A stretch of 64,000 bases of DNA, taken from contig CAWCKW010000013.1 in assembly GCA_963796285.1 (NCBI GenBank), forward strand, positions 128,001 to 192,000. The letters are read 5' to 3'. The position numbers and the translations under genes were made by a program. The notes under the pieces are model-generated. The model was not told the origin of the DNA and searched no databases. It worked only from the letters and a program-made list of their open reading frames with translations. Each line of letters opens with the position of its first letter. The first letter of the stretch is position 1. Positions 9,304-20,339 of this stretch are shown in pieces. This DNA comes from Nitrospirota bacterium (lineage in GTDB: Bacteria; Nitrospirota; UBA9217).

Positions 9304-10702
9304 TCAAAGCTGTACAAAATAATTCGCCCATGCCCCGTCGATGACCTCTTTGGTCATTACCGGCGGGGTCTCACGGTATCTGGCTATATCGATGATCTGA
9401 TCTATGATGTCCCTCGGGTGGCAGGCATTCAGTTTGACACCTATTTTGTCATAGTGTTCCTTGAGCAGATAGTCAAGGACATCTTTTCTGAGTTCCAGCC
9501 CCTTCTGTTCAGCTACCCGATGGAATATCTGACAATATTCTTCCAAAGGAGGATGGTCTATCTTGATCTTGTACCTGATCCTCCTTAGAAAGGCCTCATC
9601 CACTAATTGCCTAGGCTCTATGTTGGTTGCAAATATAATGATCTCGTCAAATGGTACCTCAAACTTGTTTCCCGTATGAAGGGTGAGGAAATCCGTTCCT
9701 CTCTCTAGGGGCACGATCCAGCGGTTCAGGAGGTCTATGGGCTTCACCATCTGCCGCCCGAAGTCGTCAATGATAAAAATACCCCCATTTGCCTTCATCT
9801 GAAGTGGGGCCTCATAGTATTTGAACACCTCGTCGAAATCCAGGTCCAGGGTCTTTAACGTAAGTTCCCCTCCCACCATGATGATAGGTCGTTTGCACCG
9901 GACCCATCTGGCATCTCCATGGATTTCTTCCATGATAGGTTTGTGATTAACAGGATCAAAGACTTTTATCACCTGACGATCAACGATCACTGCATGGGGC
10001 ATGCAGACCTCGCCAGGTAAAAGGGAGCCAATGGCCTCTGCTATGGCGGTCTTTCCGTTTCCTGAAGGACCGTATAAAAAAATGGATTTGCCTGAGTTCA
10101 CCGCCGGGCCAAGCTGGTCAATGAGGGTCCCGCCGATGACGAGGTGGGAAAATGCCTTTTGTATGGCCCCTTCATTCACAAGTACGCTTTTTACAGACTG
10201 ATACTTCATCTGCTTGGAATAATCAGCAAGGGTGACAGGGGCTGCGCCAATATATTTACACATGTCAAGCGCCTCCTGTGCCCTTTTTCTTCCCAGCTCA
10301 GTTATGGAGAATTGATACGTAGTAGCTTCGTAACCGGTCCCTCCCTTTACTTCACACATCTTATTCTTTCTTAGGGACTGGACCGTCTGGTCCATAATGA
10401 GGATCGGGAGCTTGACCGCCTTGGCCAGGTCTTTCAGTGTAAAACTTCCCATGGAATAAATGTGCTTCAGGGTCAGATCGGATATGAATCCGGATCAAGG
10501 CCTGTTTCCTCCAGGGTTTTAGGTTCACGGGGGATATTTTTAAAAAAAGTAGTGAGCTTTTTCTCCTTTATCAAACCGAGGGCCACAAAGGTCTCACCGA
10601 GTCGTCATCTCCTTTACTTTTTTGCGTGTTCAGTGCCTTTTCAAGCTGCTCCGGAGTAACAAGCCCTTCATCGATCATCCTCTTACCAAGCACATATTCC
10701 AT
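9304..10702 (-). CDS. AAA+ ATPase with N-terminal MshEN-like domain (frameshifts in the 5' part)
   Basis: ORF 9304-10452 has GPSGNGKT and IIDDFGRQ. Upstream frames from ATG 10702 give MEYVLGKRMIDEGLVTPEQLEKALNTQ...RLGETFVALGLIKEKKL...PREPKTLEETGL. Confidence 0.8.
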
Positions 10703-10797
10703 AAAATAATCCTCCCTTCAATCTAAAGATCTACGTGTCGACCGAGACTTTCGTCCGGAAGGCATGGTCCCTTCGGGGCAGTGCAAGGATCATTATT

Positions 10798-10877
10798 CGT
10801 CATTCCCGAGTGTCCCTATCTGGAATCCAGTTTCTTTACGATAAGTCCCTGGATTCCGGGTCAGGCCCGGAATGACG
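10798..10877. repeat. REP-like palindrome, GTCATTCC...GGAATGAC class
   Basis: cgtcattcccg...tggaatccag...ctggattcc...ccggaatgacg: nested inverted repeats. Confidence 0.75.
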
Positions 10878-10917
10878 GCTAATAAAACCGTGTCAAGCAT
10901 CGACACTTTTGTCGATG

Positions 10918-11655
10918 TTAAGACAAAAGGTCTAAGACTTTCCTCGTCCCGTGGCAATAGTAGAACCGTATCTTGAGAATGTCCCATAGCATCTGAAGGG
11001 AATCCCTGAATATGCTGACCTTTGAATCGGCGGAATTCACCCAAACAACCGGCGCCTCCCTGATCCTCAAGCCCATTTTTTTTGCCAGATAAAGGGCCTC
11101 CACATCAAAGGCGAACCTCTCTATCCTTTGCCTGGCAAACACCCTCCTCGCTGCATCCCCCTTGAAAAGCTTGAAGCCGCACTGAGTATCACGGATACCG
11201 GGCACGGCAACCACCTGGACAATCTTATTGAAGATCTTTCCCATGAGTTGTCTATACCACGCTTGTTTTTTGAGGATCTGCGATCCTGAGACAGACCTTG
11301 AACCTATGGCGATATCATATCCCTCTTCCAGTTCTTTAAACAATTTCCCGATCTCTTCAATGGGAGTTGAGAGGTCGGCATCCGACATTAATACAAATCT
11401 TCCCCGGGAAGAGAGTATCCCGCGTTTGACCGAATGCCCCTTCCCTTTGTTCATGCCATTCTGAAGAAGGACGGTAGCGGTATGCTTCTTTGCCGTTTCT
11501 CTTACAACCTTTTCAGTATCGTCATGACTGCCGTCATCCACAACGATGATCTCATAGAAAGGTTCGTATTCTTTCAGATATTCATCGATTTTTTCCAATG
11601 TTCTGCCTATACGCAGGGCCTCATTGTATGCAGGTATGACTATCGAAAGGTTCAT
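10918..11655 (-). CDS. GT2 polyprenyl/dolichyl-phosphate glycosyltransferase (ALG5/DPM1-like)
   Basis: LSIVIPAYNE, VDDGS, NKGKG, SDADLSTP, IGSR, DTQCGFKLF, FAFDVE. Confidence 0.9.
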   Translation of the reverse strand: MNLSIVIPAYNEALRIGRTLEKIDEYLKEYEPFYEIIVVDDGSHDDTEKVVRETAKKHTATVLLQNGMNKGKGHSVKRGILSSRGRFVLMSDADLSTPIEEIGKLFKELEEGYDIAIGSRSVSGSQILKKQAWYRQLMGKIFNKIVQVVAVPGIRDTQCGFKLFKGDAARRVFARQRIERFAFDVEALYLAKKMGLRIREAPVVWVNSADSKVSIFRDSLQMLWDILKIRFYYCHGTRKVLDLLS

Positions 11656-11733
11656 GTCCGGAACGTCCCCCTCCGGCCTGAACATCATGCTGTCGTGAAA
11701 GGAAGCCATATATCGCAAACCCCGCTATGAGAA

Positions 11734-13362
11734 TTAGTCCGGTTTCTCTTCATCGTTCGGCACCAGTTTAACATCCCTATACCTGTCTCTCAAACCGGCA
11801 TTCAATGGCCCTTTTCTCACAAAAACATTTGCCACCTTGTCCGCGTACACAAGGCTCCATTGATCAGTTTCCAGAAGGAGGACCGAAAGAGGTGAATTGG
11901 CGCTGATCAACATCCATTCGATATTGAAGCGTTCAAGGACCTCCTTCCATTCCGGCTTCAGGTCCACGACATCGAAATAATTTTTCAGGAATGAGTCATA
12001 CATGTCCGCCCGGCCATCAACAAATACGCCGTCCCTGGGGAAACCTTTGTAGATCAGATATCCTCCAAAGTGATAGGTATTAAACAGTCTCCCCTCTATC
12101 CTGTTTCTCTCGGCAAATTCCACCGCCTCTACAGGTAACTTTTTTTTGTCAAATTCATATTTCATGAAAGGCATGCCCAGGACTTTTCCTCCGGTCAGAG
12201 TAATCGCAGTTACGGAGAGGACAACGATGGTCTTCAGAACATGCCCTTTCAAGGAAGCACTGGTTTTTTGAATCCTGTCTGAAAAGGCGAAGACACTGGA
12301 TATCAACCGGTTGCCGCCCGCTCTCCCTTCTTTCATCAGCCCTTCCAGTCTTATCGCCATAATGGGAATGACAATGATGGCAAAGATCGGGCCATAACGC
12401 ACAGAATGGAGGGAAAGATGGGTCCAGAGGAGGACAAGACCGGCCTCTACAAAACCCGGCCTGAGCAGGGAAAAACTGAGCACAATGATCAGGAAGAGCA
12501 GCAGATATTCGTACGGGAGAAAATTATGAAAATTGGGAGAAAGCCACTCGTCTATCCTCCCTATGTTCAGCTCCTGCCCCATGATACGGAAGGGAAACAG
12601 GATGGCCTTATAGCCATGCGGGTTTACCAGTGCTGCGGCGGTGGCCAGCAATCCGACCTTGCCATAGGTGATGACATTTTTTTTCTGATCTGACCGGCCC
12701 TTTTCATCCTTTGGAAAAGAACTCTGCCAGGCTTCCCAGACAGTAGACCGCGATCAGGAGGAGCCCTGCCATAAAACCACCATGGAGATTGACCCAGAGG
12801 ATGGTCACGAACGGGAGCAGATAGAGATACCGCTTGGCTGTCAACCGGTACTCTTCCAACGCTATATACCAGAGAAGCAGAATGGGCATTGACAGGATAT
12901 GCGGCCTGGCAAGCCAGTGGACAGAGGTCGTAGCCATTGCCGCGATCGTAAGGATGAGCGCTAAGGCCGTATTGACCCCCCGGGAAAGGAGAAAACCGTA
13001 GAAGGTGGAGTGAGTATACGCAATGGCCAGGGCCGCAAGAAGAACGATGCCGTTTAACCCGGCGAACTTATGTATGACTGCGAATATCAGTTCGGTCAGC
13101 CATCCATGGGCCATCCAGGGCATGTTTGCTGCTGTGAATGAAAAGATCCCGGTATCGGGGACGGTACCGGTCTCAAGGATATATCTCCCTATCCCAATGT
13201 GCCAGGCCGTGTCCGCATCACCCAAAAGGTCTTTCCCACCAACAATAAGGAACAGGAACACGACGAGGAACAGTGTATCCTGCAAAGAAGGAAGAAGCCA
13301 ATTGCCCAGGAGGTTGTGTTCTCCGAGGGTATCTTGACGCCGCCTACTTCATTTCTTTCCAT
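11734..13362 (-). CDS. Multi-pass membrane GT-C-like glycosyltransferase (frameshifted)
   Basis: Joined ORFs 12704-13285 and 11734-12651: DADTAWH, WMAHGWL, ARPH, WVNLHGGF, NPHG, IDEW, YHFGGYLI, FVDGRADMY. Confidence 0.65.
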
Positions 13363-15866
13363 GTCATTCCTTCAGGAGATTTATATTTTGATATGCTGTC
13401 GCCGTTCTCGATCTTGCCCGTAAACCATTCGTCCTCATCCCAGTATATCCCCTCGGGCATGAGCAGGCGGCCGATGAACGTTCCTTCCTCACCGATCAGC
13501 ACCGGCCCGAACAGCCTTGTCTTTCGTTGTGAGGGAAGGGTAACCGAGAGAATGCACTTTGTCCTCTTCCCGCCGGTCACCGACAGTACGTACGCCCGGC
13601 CTTCGCTTCATAGATGGCAAATATTTTTTCCCGGTACCCTTCATGAGCGGACATCAATGCACTTACCTCTACTGCGGAAACTGCCCCCTGCTCATCATCG
13701 AGACTGTCCCTTGTTTTCCGCGCCACCTCCGCCCTCAGTTCACTGTCCCGATCCTCCCAATAGAGGTGCACCAGGATGTCAGGCGCTTTCTGGTTCGTTA
13801 CCATTACTTTCAGGACACTGCTCCTGGCAGATACTCCCTTCGAATTAACGGCCTCGGCCTGCAAGGAATTTTCCCTTCCTGAAATAAGACAGTCTTCTCA
13901 AAAGATCCATTCTCCACAGCGGCCTCGACAGATTCCCGTTGACGATCAGCCTCACCGTATCAACAGTACTGTCCCCGACCCTCCCCTTAACCGTTATGAC
14001 GGGGGATGCAACCTCTCCTGCTTCGGGCTCTTCCAGGGAAAGTGCAAAGCCGTTCCTGGCAGGCATTGCCTCTACGATGATCTGATCAGTAGCAGAATAC
14101 CGGTTCCTGTCCCAGGCAGTAGCCGAAATAGTATTTTTCCCGTCTATGAACGCGCTTTCCCATTGGAACTTATCATTCTCAACAGGGACAGTAACGGAAT
14201 CACCATTGATGGAGAGAATGACCCTGGTGATCCCATTTCCCTTTACCCGCCCGCCGATTTCCTGGACCTTGCTGCTGACCTTCTTCGTTGCAGGGGTTGT
14301 GATCTTTATCATCGGCCTGCTAACAGGGATGCTTATCCTGATGGGGTCTATGTCGGTCCCGAACCTCTTAAGAAGTGACAGGGAAATGGTCTTTTATTAA
14401 CGATTGCCGCGGCCTTCGTCTCAACAATTTTAGCGGGCGTCTCCGCTGCTTTCTCCCTTGCCCTGTCGGCGGTGATCAATGGCGCCACAGGGGTGATCTT
14501 TGCAGGGAGATCCCTTTCCTTCGCTTTATCGATCCCGTTCTTTTCCTTCTCCTCTTTTTTTAACATCATGCAGATCGGGAATCACCGGCACTGGTTTTGT
14601 GCTTTGCTTGAGTAATGACTGGTCAGATTTCATCTCGCCCGTCTTTACGGACGGAGGGATGTTTTGCGGCACCTCTTTGGGGGCGGGCGATACAACGGGC
14701 TGTTCAGCGGCCTTTGCAGGCGCCTCTTTGACAGGGGCCGCATGCCTTTCTTCAGGCTCACACCGTTTCTGCGGCCACAACCGGAGCGGGAGGCGGGGCC
14801 GCCGGCTTTATCGGTTCTTGAACTTTTTTAACAGGTGCTGCAACGGGCTGTTCAGAGGCCTTTACAGGCACCTCTTTGACAGGGGCTGCGTGACTTTCTT
14901 CAGGCTTAGCCGGCGCGGCCACAACCGGAGCGGGAGCAGGGCCGCCGGCTTAATTGGTTCTTGAACTTCTTGGAGAGCAGGATGGGGAATTTGCTCGGAT
15001 CTAGCTTCCCTTGCAGACTCTTCTTTCCGAAGGTCGCTTGAAGGCTGAACAAGCGGCTTTTCAACCGGCTTAGTAATCTCCGGTTTTGGCTTAAGGTTAT
15101 CCGTTATTGTGATGTCCTGTTTATCCGGTTCAATCACCGGCGGCTGGTAGGAATCAGCGAGTTTCTCCTCAGCAAATGAAGGAAGCACATCCTCGGCTTT
15201 TGGAGCGGCTTCTCTGGCAGTATGTGCACCAGAATGCAAAAAGGACGGGTGCAGGTCAGGACGGGTACAGACACAGGAACAGGTACAGGTACAGGTACAG
15301 GTACTGGTACAGGTACGGGTGCAGGTACGGGTACAGGTACCGGTGCAGGTACCGGTACAGGTACAGGTACAGGTGTAGGTACCGGTACAGGTACGGGTGC
15401 AGGTACCGGGAGGTGACAGGACGGTACAGGTACCGGTGCAGGTATGGGTAAGACTGGTGCGCTATCCACCTTAGGGGCCTTCGATACTTGAACAAGCTTA
15501 TGAACCGGGCTGATAGGTTTGACTATTGTACGGGGAACCTTGCTCTTTAACGATGGCAGGTTATTATTTCTTGCTCTTTCTTCTGCTTCTCTCGGCTTTT
15601 CCCTGCGACACCTTCTTAGCAGCTGCCGGCTGCGATGGCCCCATGTCTTTCCGTTGTCCTTCATCAACGCTATCCTTCAGATTTACCATGAGGATCGTGT
15701 TTTGCTGTTCTGTCAGTCGATCACTGACATTAAAGTGATAAGGGGTCAACAGCAAGAGAACAGCATGCAACACAATTGAGAGCCCGCAGGCAAACACCAG
15801 GTCAGCGGATGAGGTTCGTTTTGTTAATCTATTATTATAATCCGGCTGTAGTAGAACATCGATCAA
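13344..15866 (-). CDS. Large membrane-anchored Pro-rich protein with C-terminal Ig-like domains (TonB/TolA-like anchor; several frameshifts; start approximate)
   Basis: Consecutive fragments: [15 protein letters not shown]; (PV/PA)n tract; EKP/AP-rich linker; beta-rich Ig-like repeats ([19 protein letters not shown]). Confidence 0.6.
14721..14966. repeat. Imperfect ~100-bp direct repeat inside the Pro-rich gene
   Basis: cctctttgacagggg...cggccacaaccggagcggga...gggccgccggctt..ggttcttgaact occurs at ~14722-14824 and ~14870-14967. Confidence 0.8.
15262..15450. repeat. 6-bp tandem repeat (ACAGGT/ACGGGT/ACCGGT/GCAGGT) encoding Pro-Val/Pro-Ala dipeptides on the minus strand
   Basis: About 30 degenerate hexamer units are visible; the minus frame reads [19 protein letters not shown]... 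Confidence 0.95.
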
Positions 15867-15891
15867 AATGATAATGAAAATGATTTTAATA

Positions 15892-17751
15892 CTATTTGCC
15901 GATAAAAGAAAGCCAGAATTTTCGCATAGTAACAAATAAGGTCTTTTTAAACGCCTCAAGATGAATTTTATTTGTAGCTAACCATGTATCGTCCGGGACT
16001 TCGCCCGGAAGACATGGCCCCTTGGGGGCAGAAATACCAAGACAGTCAACAGCCTGCACCTTGTTTTCTTTTTTGCCTTTCCAAAACAGCCCCAGCATGG
16101 CGGCAAGGCAGGAAAGAATGGAAATCCATTTTGCGGCCTTTCTCAAGGGTGTATCTCTGAACTCAAGTAAAACGGTATTCTCTCCTGAAGGGAGATTGAG
16201 CAGCATTGCCCCGCTGCCTATTTCAATGTCAATGGGAATTTCCCTCCCGTTGGTGAGCGCAGTCCATCCCGGGTAGTAGAATGTTGATATTCTCAACGTT
16301 GACGCGGTCGGGGCGATCGCCTTGATCAATCTGGATTGGGACATCCAGTCTCACGATTTCAACTGGTTCCACGCCCTTCTCGTATATACAACAGGAGTCT
16401 TTCCCTTTTCTTCGGAGAAAGCTTCTTTTCTCATCAACAAGCCAGATCGGCCGATACTCGATCAAATCCTGCACCTTCACTGAATATCCGTTCCCGGTCG
16501 CTCTGTTGCATCGGCTCTTACTGCTGATAGATAAGCTTGATGAAAGGTAAATGATTGATAATTAATGATGGCATGGAATAGCGCCTGTAGAAACCCTGGT
16601 CGTCCGGTCCGTCTTTATATCGGCTAAAGAAAGACTTGTCAAACGAAATACCAACCAGGGCGGCGGTGGCAAGGGTGGCATATCATCAGCCACCTCCAAG
16701 GGAAGAGAGTGGTTGGCAGCCCTGGAATGTGCAACTCCCAGAGAGGCATGGACAGAGAAGTTGAGATGAAAAGAGAAAAAACAAAAACCGATCACAAAAA
16801 ACAAAAAAAGATATTCGATTCGGGAAATTCGCCAGATCGCTTCTTTTTTTGGAATAGATCAGCATCAGAAGAAAGAATTACTAAAAGGACATGCAGCATA
16901 ACGAGTTCGTTCCAACTGTATATAAAACGGATCTAGGCCGTTGTTCTTTCAAATGCAGAAAATTGCGGGTATATATCCCATGGCCCTTCTTTCAGCCATC
17001 CTATGTGCACGAATTTTCTTTCAAAGAACATCGGCAGGAAATATACGGCCGAGAGCGAAAGGCCGACGAGAGACGCCAGGACGGCTCCTGAGCAATATCC
17101 GGTAGATCTTTTTCATAGTATGGCGAGGAACAGGGCATACGCGGCGATGACAAATGAAAAGATGATAAGCGGAGGCAAGATGGGTGAGCACCAGACCCGC
17201 ATAAGAAAACGCCATGCCTACCCAGAGAGAGGTCCGGTTTTCTGTAGCGCCTTTATACGCAAAATGCAGGATCATGGGAAGCCAGAAGAAGGCAAAGGTC
17301 TCGACCAGCGACTCCCGCAGATATAGGTCAAAGAGATGATACGGTAGGAGCTGATAAGACAATGCCTCCCTACCAAGCTACCTAAACGACCGCAGAAATT
17401 TCGCAGGAGTACATACATACGATATCCCTGATAGAAGGAATCCCGATGAGTGTTACGATTTTCAATGAGATTATCAGAGAGGGAGTGATAAAGTTTACTG
17501 ACACCGGTAAGGATATAAAAAAGAGGTGAATAAAAGATGGTGACAGGACTTCCATATCCCCCGTTGGAAAGAGAAAGCCAGCGCGGATAAAACGCTCCAT
17601 CTTTGATGCCCTCGCTGACCTGGAAGGCATTGTACAGATGGATTGAGAGGTCCCAACTGCCGGTAAAAAATCCGGAATTTATCAGAAGCGGCGTTATTGC
17701 GTAAAGAGCGCAGAGTGCCAGTGAAATAAATCCGACCGCGGTTTTCATCAT
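15892..17751 (-). CDS. Membrane protein, '6-pyruvoyl-tetrahydropterin synthase-related' GT-C-like family (multiply frameshifted)
   Basis: DLSIH...FYPRWLSLSNGGYGSPVTIFYSPLFY, PYHLFDLYLR..E, LTHL. C-terminal YfhO-like FYYPGWTA..NG...LPSGENTVLLEFRDTPLR. Confidence 0.7.
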
Positions 17752-17887
17752 ATTAGCACCATCTTCAGGAGTATAAATCTGCTCAGCGAAATCATACTGC
17801 TCAGGAACTCGAGCATCTAACATACAAGCGTAGGGAGCGGCAAACTATCATATTCTTAGAACAGGACCATACGGAAATACAGCTATC

Positions 17888-19423
17888 CTACAGAACAGTC
17901 TGCTTGTTCTGCCACACAGTGAGCGGGCCGTCTTCCTTGACAATAAAAAAAAAGCGCTGCAGTTTTTCTTCATCCATATGGCCGACCTCCCATCCAAGGA
18001 GATATTGAATGGATGGATACAGAGACAAATCTATGCTTGACGGTTCGTAAGCCACTTGATAAGGTGAAGGAAATGACGGGAGGCCCTTCTTAAAGCGTAC
18101 CGGAAAATAATGAAAAGCCGTCTCGTAATTTCCGACATCTACGCACGCTCTCTTTAGACCATAATAGGATGCGGCATGCAGCAATACGTCTATACGAGAC
18201 CATTGAACGACCACCGGTTTGTAGGTCATCACAAAAGCCCCTTTCGGCAGCTGCGCATTTAATCCGCTGAGAAATTTTTTCACCTTGAGATTTTGTTCCC
18301 ATAATATGGCTGCGTTGAATGCAAAACAAACGGTGACAACGCCCGCTATCACGATGGGGGCAAATCGTTTGAATAACACCGTCATCGGGTACCCGCAGAA
18401 GGGGTACTATGATCAAGAGAATCACCCAGGGAAATCGCTGATTAAAGTAGTCGCCGTCCCCGACGCTATGATGGTGCCAATAGGTAGATTGCAATAAGGG
18501 CTGCAGCGAGATAGATGAGCGCTTTTTCCGAAGCCGGGATTGCACCGGATTGCGACCATTTCTTATAGATATCCTTAACCGCTGTATGGCCGAACAAAAT
18601 GATCAGAAACATAAAAAGGGCGGCAGAAAACAATTGCCACGGTGAATAATTTACCGTGGAAAAACTCAGAAAGATCAATGATCAATTCCATAAAACGAGA
18701 TAATGAGAACAGATAAGTAGTCTCGGGGAAGGCGTTTCTTGTTCCCTGGCCCAGGTAAATAAGGAGATTCAATAAAGACGGAAGGATTATTACCGTTAGC
18801 TTTAATAATTCACTGATCTTCCTTTTGTATCCAGCAGCTTCGGCCATGTTGATGGCCACCAGGGACATCAGAAAGAAGATGAACGGGATCAGATGAAAAT
18901 AAAAGAGTGCAAACCCCTCAATATTGAGACAAACAAATTTCAAACATATTGATCTATTGCGAATCTCCCAGTTCAGGGCGAATGCAAGGATAAAGAGGGG
19001 AACGGTTATTGCGTAACTGTAAAACCCCATTAACAAGGTGAAATTAAAGATAACAGGAAAGACAAGATATGCGAGGGGAAATACGGGCCTGTTGAAGGTA
19101 TGCAGTAAAAGCGGGACACTTACCCCCATAAGAACAATATAGCAGGAGATGAATATCTTTTCCGCAATCAATGGAGGGAAGAAGGACAGGAGCGGATAAG
19201 CAATAATATGAAATCCCAGATTCGGTACGGCACTCAATTGCACGGTAAAATATTCACCCCAGTCTTTTCCACCGTTTAACAGGTCCTTAAGAATTGCGAG
19301 ATTATAGATGTGACTGGGGCCATCCTGCGTCGGAACATATGGCAATAAACAGACTACCGCGATGTGTGCAGCAAGGAGAACAAAATAATAATATAAACGG
19401 CTGTCATAAGGCGATCTGGTCAT
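17888..19423 (-). CDS. Multi-pass membrane GT-C-like protein (frameshifted)
   Basis: PTQDGPSHIYN in the first loop, VPN, MGFYSY, FHL, RFPW, then a soluble tail (HAASYY...NYE...YFPVRF). Confidence 0.6.
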
Positions 19424-19612
19424 TTTTTATCAGGCTGAAGCATGGTCATGTCGTATTTCTCCAGAACCAGAGCACACTGGACGGAATCCATATGAGACAG
19501 GAACCTGCACTAAAGGGAATTCTTGTAATGATGGTCAACAGAAAGAGCACCGAGGGGAAAAACGGGTCATCATCAGGCGCGGCCGTATATCGCATAGTCT
19601 TCACGCCGCATT

Positions 19613-19954
19613 TCAGACTATTGTCACCCTGTCTCCTATCTGGATCTGTGCCCTATCAATAGTCCCTTCGGGCAACTCAAGGACGCCCTGTGCATGCCGG
19701 CACGAGACCACAGGGCGGAAAGGGCGTAGACCCTTGACTGTTTTTTTAACGATAAAATCCCTGTCCAGAAAAACCACGTCGATGGGGAATCTCATAAAAA
19801 AAGTATGGATGGCCTTGCAGCGGGCCATCCACAGGCCTTCATTGTTCTCCAGGCGGCCCCTTCCCATAAGCCCAACAAGCCTCTGGAAAAACTCCGCCGC
19901 CTCTTTCAGGTCGGATACTATGACCGTTTTCTTTGAACCATTGAGCGCCTTCAC
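19613..19954 (-). CDS. DUF192 family protein
   Basis: FFQRLVGLMGR, IHTFFMRFPIDVVFLD, VLELPEG; a common Tad-locus neighbour. Confidence 0.9.
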   Translation of the reverse strand: MKALNGSKKTVIVSDLKEAAEFFQRLVGLMGRGRLENNEGLWMARCKAIHTFFMRFPIDVVFLDRDFIVKKTVKGLRPFRPVVSCRHAQGVLELPEGTIDRAQIQIGDRVTIV

Positions 19955-19957
19955 TAC

Positions 19958-20053
19958 TTATCCCTTCTTGGCAGCCATTCTCAGAACTATAAGAGCGAGT
20001 TGAATATTAGCAGCCACGAGCAATACCAGATTCAGCATTTCAAATGCCGTCAT
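19958..20053 (-). CDS. 31-aa single-TM peptide
   Basis: MTAFEMLNLVLLVAANIQLALIVLRMAAKKG*, with strong SD AAGGAGGTGA upstream; the stop sits 3 nt before the DUF192 start. Confidence 0.6.
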   Translation of the reverse strand: MTAFEMLNLVLLVAANIQLALIVLRMAAKKG

Positions 20054-20095
20054 ACCCTTCACCTCCTTCCGGTTATTAACAAATTGTCAAAACCC

Positions 20096-20276
20096 ATCAC
20101 AGAGCACACGGAGAATATCTTGATTGTTTGGTTCTTAGTTGTCTTAAATCACGAGAACACTGAGTATCTTATTGAAAATTAAACTTAAGGTGTTCATGTT
20201 TTCCCCAAGCATTCCTCCGTGCTCTCTCTGCCTGCACCTAGCGTTTACGAGTGGAACCGCGAGTGCAGGGTGTGGT
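20096..20276. repeat. Palindromic element with 9-nt-unit arms; right arm interrupted by a cctgcac...gtgcagg hairpin
   Basis: Left atcacagag-cacacggag; right ctccgtgctctctctg[cctgcac...gtgcagg]gtgtggt. Confidence 0.55.
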
Positions 20277-20339
20277 TTCATGCAGTGCCCATCTTTTTTT
20301 CATGAAACTTTTAACACTACCGTTGTTAATTCACCTGAG

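Noticed and set aside
15176-15495. (YR)n, (TG)n and (YL)n ORFs over the hexamer repeat; also considered as a CRISPR-like array
   Set aside because: Alternative frames of the Pro-Val tract. There are no unique spacers, and only the PV frame fits the surrounding gene.
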